64,000 nt of DNA from Rhizodiscina lignyota (Eukaryota): NCBI GenBank assembly GCA_010015805.1, contig ML978131.1:1-64000 (forward strand), read 5' to 3'. The stretch's first letter is position 1; every line of letters starts with the position of its first letter. Positions 62,175 through 64,000 of the stretch are shown one piece after another. The translations under genes and the position numbers were made by a program. The notes under the pieces were generated by a model. The model was not told the origin of the DNA and did no database searches. It saw nothing but the letters and a program-made list of their open reading frames with translations.

Positions 62175-62363
62175 GCCTTCAGTTGGTCTATGTTTGTCAA
62201 ACTTTACCAGGCGCGGCTTCAGCACAAATTTCAAACACGTAACAGTAACTCACAGGGGCAAAGTCCAGGTTAATCGATCATCATCTTCTCCTTGTAATTC
62301 AAGCTGCCTAGCAATAAGCTTTTTATAGAAGGTTAATCCCATCTTTCTCTTCTACCTCCGGCT

Positions 62364-64000
62364 TTACAGACCAAAGTACCTACGCTCCAGCCATCTAAGC
62401 GGAACATACAGAGCGATGGTTACTCCAACCTCCAGCTCCCAAGAGATGTCTAGTGAGAAGCGTAAGTATAACAACGACTTTCCGAAAATCTTCAATGGGA
62501 CTCACCTGTTCCAAAAGGCGGATTTCCAACTCCTAAGGCGATTGGACCGACCCACCTTTCCCAATTAGCGTAACTTGACAAAGATGTTTCTTCCACACTT
62601 ACCAGGTCTGGCTCATACAAAGCACACCAATGACTGTGCCAATTATGAAAACAACAAGAGCCGCGATTCCCTTTGGCAGTTTCGATTCGTTGTTCCACGC
62701 ATCGAGGTCGTACTGGAAACCTCTCCTCCACACGAAATGCTCCATTGCCAGGATCACCAACCACGGAGTTAGCCAGTACGCTATCACATTCAAGAAGTTC
62801 TCCATAGCTTCCTGTAAATCGTTCCGACCGGCGATTGCGGCAACAAGGAAAATTGCGCCGCCTATGATGGACCAAAAGAATCGCGGGACCTTAATCAGCG
62901 ATTCACTGAGCATCTGTACGTTCAAGCCGAGTGAGTAGATGTTGGCAGTCACGACGGCGATGACGGATAACGATAAGATGGTTTCAATGAAATAGCCAAA
63001 GTTGCGGACACCAGTGCCGTAGCCAACAAAGATTTCGCCCAAGATACCACCAACACCGGCCTTGTCGAAAGCTGCTTGGAATGCGCCACTTCCGCTGACT
63101 GAGGTCATCAGCGCTGCGCCGAGACATTCGATGAGGAAGCCACCCCAGAAGAGCCCATTCCAAGTCCAGAGGAATATAACCCATGGCTTACGATCTTCTC
63201 GCATATAGACGGCGTAGTCTGCTGCAATACCGCCCCAACTGACTTGGAAAGCCCAGATTGCTGTGCCGAACGACAAGATACTGCTGGTCTCGGCTGGGCC
63301 TTTACCCATCGGTACGTTGACGAAATGCTTCGCGCCGAAACCTGCGATGATGCAGAAGCAAACCGTCATGATCATCCATGAATACCTCTCGAATTTGTGC
63401 ACCCATTTGTAGCCAGTGACTGAAACGACGATTGCCACGAGACCGAGCAGGAGGACGGCAACAGCAAGTGGCAGCTTGCCTTGTCCGACATCATACAGGA
63501 TGACCGCACCGGCAATTGTATTGACCATCGCCCATCCGATCATGTTGACGCCATTCAGGAAAGCAACGAGCTTCGATGGCCACCATCCAAAGGAGTATCG
63601 GTTTACGACCATAGCGCGTAAGCCTAGCTTTGGACCAAATGTCGCAACAAGTGAAGGCGGGACAGCACCAACTATGTTGAAGAACAAGAGCGCTGAGGAT
63701 AATGAGCCCCTGTCTCTGACACAGTTTCGTTCACGAAACGGAATACTCTTACTTACCAAGGAATGAGTCCCACCAGCCCAAATCGAAGAGAGCAGGTCCG
63801 AGTGTGCCAAAGGCCAGAGTTGCAGTGCAAACGTTGGCACTCATGAAGAGCGTAAACATGTCGAATGGGTTTTGGTTCGTCCGAAGCTCCGCGGGAATCC
63901 TTTCTATGCCTCCTTCTTCAGCGCCATATTTTCCTGCCCACTCTCGCAGTCGCAGGCCCCAGGACGCTACTTTGCCGACAGGATGAATGTCTCCAGTGGT
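62364..64000 (-). CDS. purine-cytosine permease (Fcy2/Tpn1, NCS1 family), 5' partial
   Basis: GGIERIP, FGPKLGLRAMV..RYSFGWW, NMIGW, FERYSW, AADYAVY, ANIYS and ENFLNVIAYW, with many TM helices. The last exon ends LRWLERRYFGL* at 62364. Confidence 0.9.

Noticed and set aside
31009..64000. Vitamin-salvage / metabolite-repair cluster (isochorismatase, NADAR, TenA, PfkB, DJ-1, permease)
   Set aside because: Spread over 30 kb with unrelated genes in between and no shared upstream motif seen; likely coincidence.

Overview
Fungal (filamentous ascomycete) genomic DNA, about 50% GC, with short GT-AG introns and CTRAC-like branch sites. A black-yeast/Eurotiomycete-like origin is only an impression. About 21 protein-coding loci can be rebuilt across introns: a NACHT-TPR NLR, an F-box-like protein, two tandem Fig1/SUR7-like membrane paralogs, an AIM6-like protein, alkaline phosphatase, a RAI1/DXO-like nuclease-fold gene head-to-head with a ~2336-aa ZNFX1-like SF1 helicase + NF-X1 finger + triple CbbX-type AAA protein, a P450 with an in-frame stop, a small secreted protein, two Zn2Cys6 factors (one LeuB/Leu3-like), an isochorismatase, a NADAR protein, a Zn-finger/TenA fusion, a BVMO, an F-box protein, proline dehydrogenase, a PfkB kinase, a MetE-like protein, a HET-domain protein, DJ-1/Hsp31 and a partial purine-cytosine permease. 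Two things stand out. (1) The divergent DXO-like / ZNFX1-AAA3 pair (15.0-24.2 kb) is a candidate RNA-surveillance or antiviral module. (2) An ORF-less, multi-intron host transcript at ~48.3-50.7 kb carries duplicated H/ACA-like and C/D-like small RNAs in its introns, with conserved scaffolds and divergent guide regions. All family calls come from reading motifs by eye; no database searches were run.
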